Positions 1 through 7,834 of a stretch of 10,928 nt of DNA are shown in pieces (positions within the stretch are counted from its first letter, which is position 1; each line of letters starts with the position of its first letter). A model generated the notes under the pieces. That model did not search any database, had not been told where the DNA came from, and was given only the letters and a program-made list of their open reading frames with translations. This DNA comes from a bacterium (lineage in GTDB: Bacteria; SZUA-182; DTGQ01; JAFGSM01). The DNA lies in the NCBI GenBank assembly GCA_049472355.1, contig JBLIRP010000108.1, positions 1-10,928 on the forward strand, read 5' to 3'. The position numbers and the translations under genes were made by a program.

Positions 1-2
1 TC

Positions 3-296
3 AATACCTACGGCACCGAGTATCTGCATCGATTGATCGCGCATCTGCTCCAGGGGCAAACCCCGGCGCAGGCCTTCTACAGCGTGTTTGGGATCACCCT
101 TGGAGGATTCGAAAAAAACTGGCATGTATATCTGCGGCGCCGCTACAACTGGATCCCCTTCCTGACCAGCGGCATTGCCCTGTGGTTTCTGGTAAGCCTC
201 CTGACCCTCGGGATCTACCTGTACAAACGCAGATTGGCAAAAAAAAGGCTTGTGCTGTGGGATATCGAAGACCATATCGATTCCCTTTTCTCCTGA
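3..296 (+). CDS. 3' end of a membrane-anchored protein, probably a peptidase MA-like (gluzincin-type) family protein; 5'-truncated by the window
   Basis: The frame is open from base 3 (NTYGTEYLHRLIAHLLQGQTPAQAFYSVFGITLGGFEKNW...), so the listed start at 33 is not the true start. The YG...L..LI...G...AF...FG......FE..W pattern is typical of the C-terminal helices of peptidase MA-like proteins. It is followed by one TM helix (IALWFLVSLLTLGIYLY) and a basic stop-transfer stretch (KRRLAKKR). The HExxH motif lies outside the window. Confidence 0.6.
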   Translation, partial: NTYGTEYLHRLIAHLLQGQTPAQAFYSVFGITLGGFEKNWHVYLRRRYNWIPFLTSGIALWFLVSLLTLGIYLYKRRLAKKRLVLWDIEDHIDSLFS

Positions 297-340
297 GGAA
301 ACCATCCGGACGGTCACGATAGGGAATTTGAACCCTCCAA

Positions 341-375
341 AAGAATGGAGAAATATCCCCTTTTTCTCCATTCTT
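341..375. terminator. Perfect 13-bp inverted repeat (terminator-like hairpin or protein-binding site)
   Basis: AAGAATGGAGAAA (341-353) pairs with TTTCTCCATTCTT (363-375) around a 9-nt loop, 45 nt after the upstream stop codon. There is no classical U-tail on the + strand. Confidence 0.45.
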
Positions 376-401
376 GAAAAACGGCAAAACCTCGTTATAA
401 T
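374..401 (+). promoter_or_regulatory. Sigma-70-type promoter for the DUF1844 gene
   Basis: TTGAAA (374-379), 16-nt spacer, TATAAT (396-401); about 50 nt upstream of the ATG at 454. Confidence 0.65.
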
Positions 402-453
402 TATAGTGTAATCATGGTGACACATTCGATCAATCATCAATAAGGGATCAGGG

Positions 454-885
454 ATGAGCGAAAAGGACGACGTTATTCAAGGACCAGGCTTCACCATTGT
501 CGATCGAAGGATTGGGGCGCAAAAATCCACAGAGGGACCCAAGCAGGACAGGGACGCCTCCTCGGAAAAGCAGAAGCCATCACGAGAAAAGGCTGAGACC
601 AGGAAGGGAGAGGAAAAGGAACAGACCCCCCTGCCCGAGGTTGATTTTCCCTCCTTTATCATGTCCCTTTGCACCTCCGTGTATATTCACCTTGGCGAAA
701 TTCCGGACCCGACCACGAACCGGAAGGAGCCCAACCTTCCATTGGCAAAGCAGACCATCGATCTTATTACCATGCTCAAGGAAAAGACCGAGGGCAACCG
801 AACCGAAGATGAGGATAAGTTCCTCGAAGAGATGCTCTACTCTTTGAGAATGAGATATATCGCAGTGTCACAGAAAAGGCCGTAA
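454..885 (+). CDS. DUF1844 domain-containing protein
   Basis: Charged, disordered N-terminus with an FTIVDRR motif, then PEVDFPSFIMSL...HLGEIPDP...NLPLAKQTIDLITMLKEKTEGNRTEDE...LYSLRMRY, the recognisable DUF1844 core. Confidence 0.9.
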   Translation: MSEKDDVIQGPGFTIVDRRIGAQKSTEGPKQDRDASSEKQKPSREKAETRKGEEKEQTPLPEVDFPSFIMSLCTSVYIHLGEIPDPTTNRKEPNLPLAKQTIDLITMLKEKTEGNRTEDEDKFLEEMLYSLRMRYIAVSQKRP

Positions 886-931
886 GAGGGGAAAGGGACA
901 CCGAGTTGCTTCCGGGGCGTTCGGGCGGACC

Positions 932-946
932 TGTTATAGTATAACA
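932..946. promoter_or_regulatory. Perfect palindrome TGTTATA-G-TATAACA overlapping an extended -10 (TGtTATAGT); candidate operator/promoter for the transferase-sigma operon
   Basis: Arms 932-938 and 940-946 are exact reverse complements. TG-n-TATAGT lies at 932-940, at the start of an AT-rich intergenic tract. Confidence 0.45.
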
Positions 947-1088
947 TTCTGATAAATTTGAGTTTTCAATCTTCCTTGCCTGAATTCCATTTCCTGTATA
1001 TGAAATGATTTGCATATATTCGGCAAAAATCGGCCCATAGAGACCCGATTATTGAAAGAACCAACAATAAAAAAAAGAAGATTCTTTT

Positions 1089-1697
1089 GTGTTGAGTAAA
1101 TATTATAAAGGGAGACTGGACCCACTTCTGAGCGGTGTGGTTAAGCTACTTCCTGATCACAGGCTGGTTCCCACCATTCTAACCCTTACCGGTTTATTGT
1201 TTAGTCTTTTGACGGGCATTTTTTTTGCATTTAATCGTATACGGATCGGCGGGGTATGTATCATTATTGCCGGGCTGTTTGATATATTGGACGGCACCTA
1301 CGCACGAGTATTGGGCCGGGCCTCATCATTCGGGGCGTTCATCGACTCCACCTCCGATCGGTACGCTGACATGCTCATTGTAAGCGGCCTCGGGGTGATG
1401 TTTGCGCGCAGATCAGCAGTGGGTTATCTGATTCTCACGCTGGTCACGATGATCGGCTTTGTGATGGTGAGTTACACAAAGGCGAGAGCGGAATCCATAA
1501 TCTCCCGGTGTGATGTGGGAATCATGGAGCGCCCGGAACGGGTTATCCTTCTTGCCTTGGGCGCCTTGACGCTCCAAGTTGCCACGGTTTTATGGATACT
1601 CGCCGGTTTGACCCACGTTACCGTTCTGCAAAGAATATGGTATACGTACCAAAAAACTGAGGTTGAAGGGATGGGGTTCAAGGAGGAGGTCGTCTGA
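1089..1697 (+). CDS. CDP-alcohol phosphatidyltransferase, phosphatidylinositol-phosphate/archaetidylinositol-phosphate synthase-like subfamily
   Basis: Signature DxxDGxxAR-x7-8-GxxxDxxxD present (DILDGTYARVLGRASSFGAFIDSTSDRYAD), about six TM helices, and SYTKARAE and GIMERPER motifs typical of the inositol-phosphate-using branch. The TTG start is uncertain. Confidence 0.88.
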   Translation: MLSKYYKGRLDPLLSGVVKLLPDHRLVPTILTLTGLLFSLLTGIFFAFNRIRIGGVCIIIAGLFDILDGTYARVLGRASSFGAFIDSTSDRYADMLIVSGLGVMFARRSAVGYLILTLVTMIGFVMVSYTKARAESIISRCDVGIMERPERVILLALGALTLQVATVLWILAGLTHVTVLQRIWYTYQKTEVEGMGFKEEVV

Positions 1698-1703
1698 AAG
1701 GTT

Positions 1704-2639
1704 ATGTACGCACTCAATGAAGAAGATATCGAAGAAGCCAGCGAGGAGTATGAAGAAAAATTGCTCGAGCACATCGAGTATGAACACGAGGAACTTGCAA
1801 ACCAGGAAAGCGATCACCAGATAAAATTATACCTGAAGGAAATCGGAAAGGTATCACTGCTCACCAGGGACCAGGAAAAGGATTTGGGAAAGAGGATCGC
1901 CGAAGGGGATGAAAGGGCCAAGTCCGAGTTGATCGAGGCAAACCTCCGCCTCGTGGTCAGCATTGCGAAGAAATATGCAAACAACGGCCTTCCCTTCATG
2001 GACCTGGTGCAAGAGGGCAATATCGGCCTGATCAAGGCGGTTGAAAAGTTCGATTACCACCGCGGCTGCAAATTCAGCACGTATGCCATCTGGTGGATCA
2101 GACAGGCCATAACCCGCGCCCTTGCGGATAAGGCCCGCATCATACGCATACCCGTTCACACCCTGGATGCGATAAAATCCATGCTCAAGGCCCACCAGCG
2201 CCTTTTGCAGGACAAACAAAAGGAACCCACCCTGCAGGACATCGCCGATGAAATGGGGGTGGGCATTGGCAAGGTGCAGGAGCTTTTGGGCATCATCAAG
2301 ATCCCCATATCGGTGGAAACGCCCATCGATGAATTCGGCAATTCATGCCTCTCCGATTATATCGAGGACAAAAAAGGGGCTTCGCCCATCGAATGGGTCA
2401 TCAGGCAGAACCTGGCCGAGGAGATTCAGCATATCCTGGACACCCTCTCCGAAAGGGAAAAAAAGATACTGGAGATGCGATTCGGCATCGGTTCCAACAA
2501 GGAAAAGACCCTCGAAGAGATAGGCAGATATTTTCAACTGACGCGTGAACGAATCCGCCAGATAGAGGAAAATGCACTTCAGCGGCTTAAAAAGCCGAAC
2601 AGCGTCCATCCGCTCCTCGATTTTGTGAAAAACTCTTGA
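1704..2639 (+). CDS. RNA polymerase sigma-70 factor, RpoD/SigA-like but lacking region 1.1 (group 2-type alternative sigma)
   Basis: Region 1.2 ([13 protein letters not shown]), region 2 ([55 protein letters not shown]), region 3 ([14 protein letters not shown]) and region 4 HTH ([20 protein letters not shown]). Only 311 aa, with a ~35-aa acidic N-terminus. Confidence 0.93.
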   Translation: MYALNEEDIEEASEEYEEKLLEHIEYEHEELANQESDHQIKLYLKEIGKVSLLTRDQEKDLGKRIAEGDERAKSELIEANLRLVVSIAKKYANNGLPFMDLVQEGNIGLIKAVEKFDYHRGCKFSTYAIWWIRQAITRALADKARIIRIPVHTLDAIKSMLKAHQRLLQDKQKEPTLQDIADEMGVGIGKVQELLGIIKIPISVETPIDEFGNSCLSDYIEDKKGASPIEWVIRQNLAEEIQHILDTLSEREKKILEMRFGIGSNKEKTLEEIGRYFQLTRERIRQIEENALQRLKKPNSVHPLLDFVKNS

Positions 2640-2687
2640 CTGCGCCGGCCATCTTCTCCGGAGTGTTAGAGAGGCACATCTAAGGGG

Positions 2688-2716
2688 TTGTTTTTTCCCT
2701 CCGCATAATGTACTAT
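2688..2716 (+). promoter_or_regulatory. Possible distal sigma-70 promoter of degP
   Basis: TTGTTT (2688-2693), 17-nt spacer, TACTAT (2711-2716). The -10 is flanked by the inverted repeat GCATAA (2703-2708)/TTATGC (2719-2724). Confidence 0.35.
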
Positions 2717-2759
2717 ATTTATGCATTATCCCCGAAAGGCAGTAATTTCGTAGAACGAT

Positions 2760-2788
2760 TTGTCAACCTATCCCTGTGCTGATACAAT
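2760..2788 (+). promoter_or_regulatory. Sigma-70-type promoter of degP with extended -10
   Basis: TTGTCA (2760-2765), 17-nt spacer, TGa-TACAAT (2780-2788). Strong RBS AAGGAGG at 2861-2867 before the ATG at 2873. Confidence 0.65.
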
Positions 2789-2872
2789 CCATTGACTGTA
2801 CGATAGTGAAATAAAGTTAGATTTTAGGGGCACGTGGTGCCCGGACATACTGATTGATACAAGGAGGACAGA

Positions 2873-4342
2873 ATGTCACCCAGAAGACGCTGGATACCGA
2901 TACTCATTATCCTTTGTCTTGGTTGTTTCATTGGCGGCCTCATCGTTGCTGCGCGGATCAATGTGACCCCGCAGAGCATGGCCGTCGATGTTGCACCGGA
3001 AGAGGGCACTGTTGAGGATCTCTCGAATAATCAAATCATCTCCCCCTATACCTTCGTGGAAATCGCCAAACGGCTCAACCCCGCCGTGGTGTATATCAGC
3101 TCCACGCAGGTGGTCAAGGGATTCCAGAACTTTCATGCCCCGTTCAGGGACCCGTTCAGGGATTTCTTCGGTGACGACTTTTTCGACAAGTTCTTCGGGA
3201 TGCCCAAGGGAGAACTCAAGCAAAAAAGCCTCGGTTCAGGCTTCGTCATCGATAAGGAAGGGTATATCCTCACCAATAATCACGTGGTGCGTGACGCCGA
3301 GGATATCCTGGTCACCCTGGACAACGGCAATGAATACCAGGCCAAGGTTATCGGCAAGGATGACGACATGGACGTGGCCCTGCTCAAGATCGAGGCCAAG
3401 GGGACACTGCCCGTGGTTGAACTCGGGGACTCGGACGTCTTGCAGATCGGGGAATGGGTGGTTGCCATCGGCAATCCCTTCGGGCTCGAGCATACCGTTA
3501 CCGCAGGGATCGTCAGCGCCAAGTGGCGCACCATCGGCCAAGGGCCTTACAATTCATTCATACAGACCGATGCCTCCATCAATCCCGGCAACAGCGGCGG
3601 CCCCCTGTTCAATATCAAGGGAGAGGTGGTGGGAATCAACACCGCGATTGTCGCCGAAGGGCAGGGAATCGGTTTTGCCATCCCCATCAACATGGTGAAG
3701 GATGTCCTGGAGGACCTTAAAACCGAGGGGAAGATCAAGCGGGGATGGCTCGGGCTGATGATCCAGAGGGTCACCCCCGGCCTTGCCGAATCCTTCGGCC
3801 TCAAGGAAAATAAGGGCGCGCTGGTTGCGGAGGTGGTGGAGAAAGGGCCTGCTGACAAGGCGGGGGTAAAGCGGGGGGATGTCATCATCACCTTCAAGGG
3901 AAAGGAAATACGCGAGTACACGGACCTTTCCCGGTATGCAGGGCTGACCAGGCCGGGCACGAAGGTGACCATGGAGCTTTTTCGCGACGGCGAGAAGATG
4001 GAGATAACGGTCAAGCTGGGCGAATTCGGCGAAAATGGCGGGGTGTCGATGGCGGAGCGTGAAGAAAAGGCCATGGGCATGACCGTTCAGGATATCACCG
4101 AGGAATTGGCCAAGGCATTCGATCTCGGAAGGACCGAGGGGGTCCTGGTCACCGATGTAACCCCGGATTCACCTGCGGAAAAGGCGGGGATCCAGCGGGG
4201 GGATGTCATCATCGAGGTGAACCGGAAAAAGATCGCCGGCGCCAGGGACTTTCGCAAGAGCCTGAAATCGGCTTCGAAGGGCACGGTGTTGTTCCTGATA
4301 CGCCGCGGTGAAAATCTCCTCTATGTGGCAATCAGCAACTGA
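2873..4342 (+). CDS. degP: Periplasmic serine endoprotease DegP/HtrA (Do/DegQ family): trypsin domain plus two PDZ domains
   Basis: N-terminal signal/TM segment, SLGSGFVI, catalytic triad TNNHVV (His), DMDVALLKI (Asp) and QTDASINPGNSGGPL (Ser), PDZ1 (RGWLGLMIQ...GPADKAGVKRGDVI) and PDZ2 (MGMTVQD...SPAEKAGIQRGDVI). Confidence 0.96.
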   Translation: MSPRRRWIPILIILCLGCFIGGLIVAARINVTPQSMAVDVAPEEGTVEDLSNNQIISPYTFVEIAKRLNPAVVYISSTQVVKGFQNFHAPFRDPFRDFFGDDFFDKFFGMPKGELKQKSLGSGFVIDKEGYILTNNHVVRDAEDILVTLDNGNEYQAKVIGKDDDMDVALLKIEAKGTLPVVELGDSDVLQIGEWVVAIGNPFGLEHTVTAGIVSAKWRTIGQGPYNSFIQTDASINPGNSGGPLFNIKGEVVGINTAIVAEGQGIGFAIPINMVKDVLEDLKTEGKIKRGWLGLMIQRVTPGLAESFGLKENKGALVAEVVEKGPADKAGVKRGDVIITFKGKEIREYTDLSRYAGLTRPGTKVTMELFRDGEKMEITVKLGEFGENGGVSMAEREEKAMGMTVQDITEELAKAFDLGRTEGVLVTDVTPDSPAEKAGIQRGDVIIEVNRKKIAGARDFRKSLKSASKGTVLFLIRRGENLLYVAISN

Positions 4343-4351
4343 TACCATGAT

Positions 4352-4366
4352 GAGGTGAAGCACCTC
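4352..4366 (+). terminator. Short hairpin after degP (possible weak terminator)
   Basis: GAGGTG-AAG-CACCTC 10 nt after the degP stop, followed only by TT, which begins the next -35 box. Confidence 0.3.
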
Positions 4367-4394
4367 TTGACAAGAAAAAAATTTTTTCTATAAT
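4367..4394 (+). promoter_or_regulatory. Consensus sigma-70 promoter of the ABC/gld-like operon
   Basis: Perfect TTGACA (4367-4372), 16-nt spacer, perfect TATAAT (4389-4394). Confidence 0.85.
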
Positions 4395-4570
4395 TCTTTT
4401 CTTGTAGCCTTCAGTTGATTTATAAAACGGAAAAATAAAACGTTATTTGCGGCATCAACGTGAAGTACGGTCTCCCCCCCCCGGATGATAGACCGGGGCA
4501 GACAACCGGGATGAACCGAATGCTGAGGGGCGAGACACCTAACGCCTGAAAGGGGCTCAACGATCAAGCC

Positions 4571-5533
4571 ATGATAGAGGTCCAGGAACTACGCAAAAGC
4601 TTCGGCCCGAATGTGGCGGTGAACGGCGTATCCTTCGAGGTGCAAAAGGGGGAGATATTGGGCTTTCTGGGTCCGAACGGGGCAGGAAAGACAACCACCA
4701 TGCGCATCCTCACCTGCTACATCCCGGCGGATTCGGGAACCGCCAAGCTCGCAGGATACGATACCTTCAAGGATTCCATCGAGGTGAGAAAAAGGGTGGG
4801 GTACCTCCCGGAGAGCGCACCCCTCTACCTCGACATGGGGGTGGTCGACTACCTCACCTTCATCGCCACCATTCGTAACATCCCCAAAAACAAGATAAAC
4901 GGCAAGATCAAGGACATGATCCGGGTATGCGGTCTCCAGCGTGAGTCGCACAAGTACATCGGCCAACTCTCCAAGGGATACCGCCAGCGGGTGGGGCTTG
5001 CGCAGACCCTCATCCACGATCCCGATATCCTGATTCTGGATGAGCCGACGACCGGTCTCGATCCGATCCAGATCATCGAGATCAGGGAACTCATCAAGGA
5101 AATCGGAAAGGAAAAGACGGTCATACTCTGCTCCCACATCCTCTCCGAGGTCCAGGCCACCTGCGGGAGGATCATCATCATCAACAAGGGAAGGCTGGTA
5201 GGAAGCGGTACCCCGGAGGAGCTGGCGGACCAGGCCAAGGGAAAGGAAACCGTGTTCATGAGCATCCGCGGCCCACTGCCGGCAATCCTCGAAATCATCG
5301 GCGGCATGAAACATGTGGTCGAGGTCGAATCGCTCGAGCCGGAGGGGGCGGAACAGGCCGGCGACAAGGAGATCCATGCGATCGTGGTCAGGGCGAACAA
5401 GGGAAAGGACATCAAGGAGGACCTCTTCAGGTGTGTGGTGGAAAACGGGTGGTCCCTGTCGGAGCTACGCGCGGAATCCGTAACCCTTGAGGATGCATTC
5501 AAACAATTGACCTGTCAGGAAGAGAGCGTATGA
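4571..5533 (+). CDS. ABC transporter ATP-binding protein, GldA-like (ABC-2 exporter type)
   Basis: Walker A GPNGAGKTT, signature LSKGYRQRVGLAQ, Walker B ILILDEPT, H-loop CSHIL, and a C-terminal extension ending TLEDAFKQLT. Confidence 0.93.
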   Translation: MIEVQELRKSFGPNVAVNGVSFEVQKGEILGFLGPNGAGKTTTMRILTCYIPADSGTAKLAGYDTFKDSIEVRKRVGYLPESAPLYLDMGVVDYLTFIATIRNIPKNKINGKIKDMIRVCGLQRESHKYIGQLSKGYRQRVGLAQTLIHDPDILILDEPTTGLDPIQIIEIRELIKEIGKEKTVILCSHILSEVQATCGRIIIINKGRLVGSGTPEELADQAKGKETVFMSIRGPLPAILEIIGGMKHVVEVESLEPEGAEQAGDKEIHAIVVRANKGKDIKEDLFRCVVENGWSLSELRAESVTLEDAFKQLTCQEESV

Positions 5534-6246
5534 GAAATATCATCGCCATTTTTAAAAGGGAGTTCCGGGCCTATTTCGATTCACCCATTGCCTACATCTT
5601 CATCACCGCCTTTTTGGTCATCAGCATGTGGATCTTCTTCAAGGGATTCTTTCTGATCGGGCAGGTGATGATGCGGGGATACTTCAGCCTCCTCCCCTGG
5701 CTCTTTCTCTTCTTTGTCCCCGCGGTGACCATGAGACTCTGGGCCGAGGAGAAAAAGCTCGGCACGATCGAGGTGCTCATGACGCTCCCGGTGAACGATC
5801 ATGAGGTGATCCTCGGCAAGTATCTCGCTGCATATCTCTTTCTCGGATTGACCATACTGTTGAGCATTTCCCTTCCCATTACCCTGGCGATCCTCGGGGA
5901 GCCGGACCTCGGCCCCATCATCGGCGGCTATGTGGGCGCCATGCTCATGGGGGGCGCCTATCTGGCCATCGGCCTTTTTGCCTCCAGCCTGAGCGAAAAC
6001 CAGATCGTGGCGTTCATTCTGGGAATCGCGTTCTGCTTCGCCCTCTTTATCATCGGTGAAAATTTCGTCCTCCTTGCGGTCCCCTCCCGGCTTGCCGCAC
6101 TGCTATCACAACTGGGACTGGGGAGTCATTTTGAAAGCATAGGCCGCGGGGTCATCGACACCCGGGACATCGTCTACTATCTGTCGGTAATCGGTTTCTT
6201 CCTATTTCTGAACATACGTTCGCTGGAAAGCAGGAAATGGAGCTAA
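5530..6246 (+). CDS. ABC-2 type permease, GldF-like
   Basis: KREFRAYFDSPIAY, TMRLWAEEKKLGTIEVLMTLP, ILGKY, GLFASSLSENQIVA and HFESIGRGVIDTRDIVYY motifs; six TM helices; ATGA overlap with the ATPase stop codon. Confidence 0.92.
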   Translation: MRNIIAIFKREFRAYFDSPIAYIFITAFLVISMWIFFKGFFLIGQVMMRGYFSLLPWLFLFFVPAVTMRLWAEEKKLGTIEVLMTLPVNDHEVILGKYLAAYLFLGLTILLSISLPITLAILGEPDLGPIIGGYVGAMLMGGAYLAIGLFASSLSENQIVAFILGIAFCFALFIIGENFVLLAVPSRLAALLSQLGLGSHFESIGRGVIDTRDIVYYLSVIGFFLFLNIRSLESRKWS

Positions 6247-6250
6247 GACC

Positions 6251-7834
6251 GTGAGCATGAAAAAGATCGGATACGGCACCCACGTGGTGCTCTATACCCT
6301 GGTGGTACTGGCCATTCTGGTGGCCGTCAACTATATCTTCCAGGCCGTCTCCTACCGGCTGGACCTCACTGAAAACCGGGTGTACAGCCTTTCAAAGGCG
6401 ACCAAAAATCTCCTCAAAGGACTCGATGACGTGGTGAGCATTCAGGCCTATTTCAGCAAGGACCTGCCTCCCCAGTTGGTGGAGCTGCGGCGGGACGTCA
6501 GGGACATACTGGATGAATATGGCGCCTATGCGGGGACCAACCTTTCCATCGAATTCATCGATCCCGAGGATGACCCGGAACTGAGCCAGAGGATGCAGTT
6601 CATCGGCATTCCCAAGGTACAGGTCAACATCTTTCAGAGGGACAAGGCGGAGGTGGCCAATCTCTACCTGGGCATGAGCATCATGTTCGAGGACCGCAAG
6701 GAGGTAATCCCCGTCATTCAGAACGTAACCAACCTCGAGTACGATCTCACCTCGGCCATTCTCAAGGTGACGAAAAAGGAGCCCGAGGTGGTCGGCTTCG
6801 TGTCGTGGAAACAGGACCCCGACCGGCGGCAGCAGGACCCCTACATGCAGATCCAGATGGCCCTCCAGAAACAATACGACGTGCGCAATATCAACCTGAG
6901 CCCCGGTCAATCGGTGCTGGAGGACATCGACACCCTGGTGCTGGTGGCGCCGGAGGAGGTTGACGAGAAGGAGCGCTACCTCCTGGATCAATTTCTCATG
7001 CAGGGAGGAAAAGAGGTATACCTGGTGGACATGGTCAGGCTGCAGACGGGAAGACAGCTTTCTGCGGAAAAGGTGACCACCAACATCAACGAGATGCTCG
7101 TGCATTACGGGGTCAAGGTGGAGCCGGACCTGGTGCTGGACCGGTCCAATTCCATGGCGGCGTTCAGCGGCGGCTTCTTCCATTTCCAGCTCCCCTATCC
7201 CTTCTGGCCCAAGATCGTCAAGGACGGCTTCGACCAGTCCCACCCGATGGTGAGCAAGCTGGAGTCCGTCAGCATGCCCTGGACCAGCTCGGTGAGGCCC
7301 CAGGAACAGGTCATCCAGGATAAAGGACTTCAATTGACCGTGCTCGCCCAGACCACCCCCCATGGATGGACACAGAAGGGACGATTCGACCTGAATCCAC
7401 AGCAGCGCTTCGACTTTCAATCCATCACCTTCGAGCGGGTCCCTTTGGCAGCCATGGTCTCCGGATTCTTTGAAAGCTTCTACAAGGAGCGCAAGGCGCC
7501 GATCGATGGTACGAACAAGTTGGATGTCTCCGCCCAGGAGACCCACCTGGTGGTGGTGGGGAATTCCCGCTTCATCCAGGACGACTTTCTGGGACGATTC
7601 CCTGAAAATGCCACCTTCTTTCTCAACATCGTTGACTGGCTGACCATGGGGGATGCGCTCATCGGCATTCGAACCAGGCAGAAGACAGAACGGCCGTTGC
7701 CCGAACTGTCCGAAAGCAAAAAGGCATTCATACGCTATAGCAACATCCTGGGTGTATCGATCCTGATCATTATATTCGGATTGGTGAAGCTCTTTCTCAA
7801 ACGAAAGACGAGGGTCGTTGCCAATGAACTATAA
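6251..7834 (+). CDS. GldG-like ABC transporter auxiliary protein (GIFT/ABC_transp_aux domain) with N- and C-terminal TM anchors
   Basis: N-terminal TM then RLDLTENRVYSLSKAT, IEFIDP, LEYDLTSAI, LDQFLMQGG, LVVVGNSRF, NATFFLNIVDWLT...LIGIR and a C-terminal TM. Start is GTG 6251 or ATG 6257. Confidence 0.9.
   Translation: MSMKKIGYGTHVVLYTLVVLAILVAVNYIFQAVSYRLDLTENRVYSLSKATKNLLKGLDDVVSIQAYFSKDLPPQLVELRRDVRDILDEYGAYAGTNLSIEFIDPEDDPELSQRMQFIGIPKVQVNIFQRDKAEVANLYLGMSIMFEDRKEVIPVIQNVTNLEYDLTSAILKVTKKEPEVVGFVSWKQDPDRRQQDPYMQIQMALQKQYDVRNINLSPGQSVLEDIDTLVLVAPEEVDEKERYLLDQFLMQGGKEVYLVDMVRLQTGRQLSAEKVTTNINEMLVHYGVKVEPDLVLDRSNSMAAFSGGFFHFQLPYPFWPKIVKDGFDQSHPMVSKLESVSMPWTSSVRPQEQVIQDKGLQLTVLAQTTPHGWTQKGRFDLNPQQRFDFQSITFERVPLAAMVSGFFESFYKERKAPIDGTNKLDVSAQETHLVVVGNSRFIQDDFLGRFPENATFFLNIVDWLTMGDALIGIRTRQKTERPLPELSESKKAFIRYSNILGVSILIIIFGLVKLFLKRKTRVVANEL

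Noticed and set aside
1010..1039. TTGCAT...CCCATA as a sigma-32 promoter, and GGCAAA as a c-di-GMP-I riboswitch core
   Set aside because: Spacing of 18 nt is too long for sigma-32, and the GNRA-loop P2 and GCAAAG elements of the riboswitch are absent.
4479..4554. GATGA ... GAAA as a hammerhead ribozyme core
   Set aside because: The required CUGANGA is not present and the stem arrangement does not fit.
6392..7546. 384-aa antisense ORF within the gldG-like gene (likewise 4589-5377, 4849-5502, 3547-4080, 7797-8297 and the alternative-frame 2988-3698)
   Set aside because: Fully overlaps well-supported genes and has no recognisable motifs. Long shadow ORFs are expected from GC-rich third-position codon bias.
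4571..7834. Assigning gliding-motility function or gld gene symbols
   Set aside because: GldAFG-like ABC systems are widespread in non-gliding bacteria, and no other gliding or T9SS genes are in the window.
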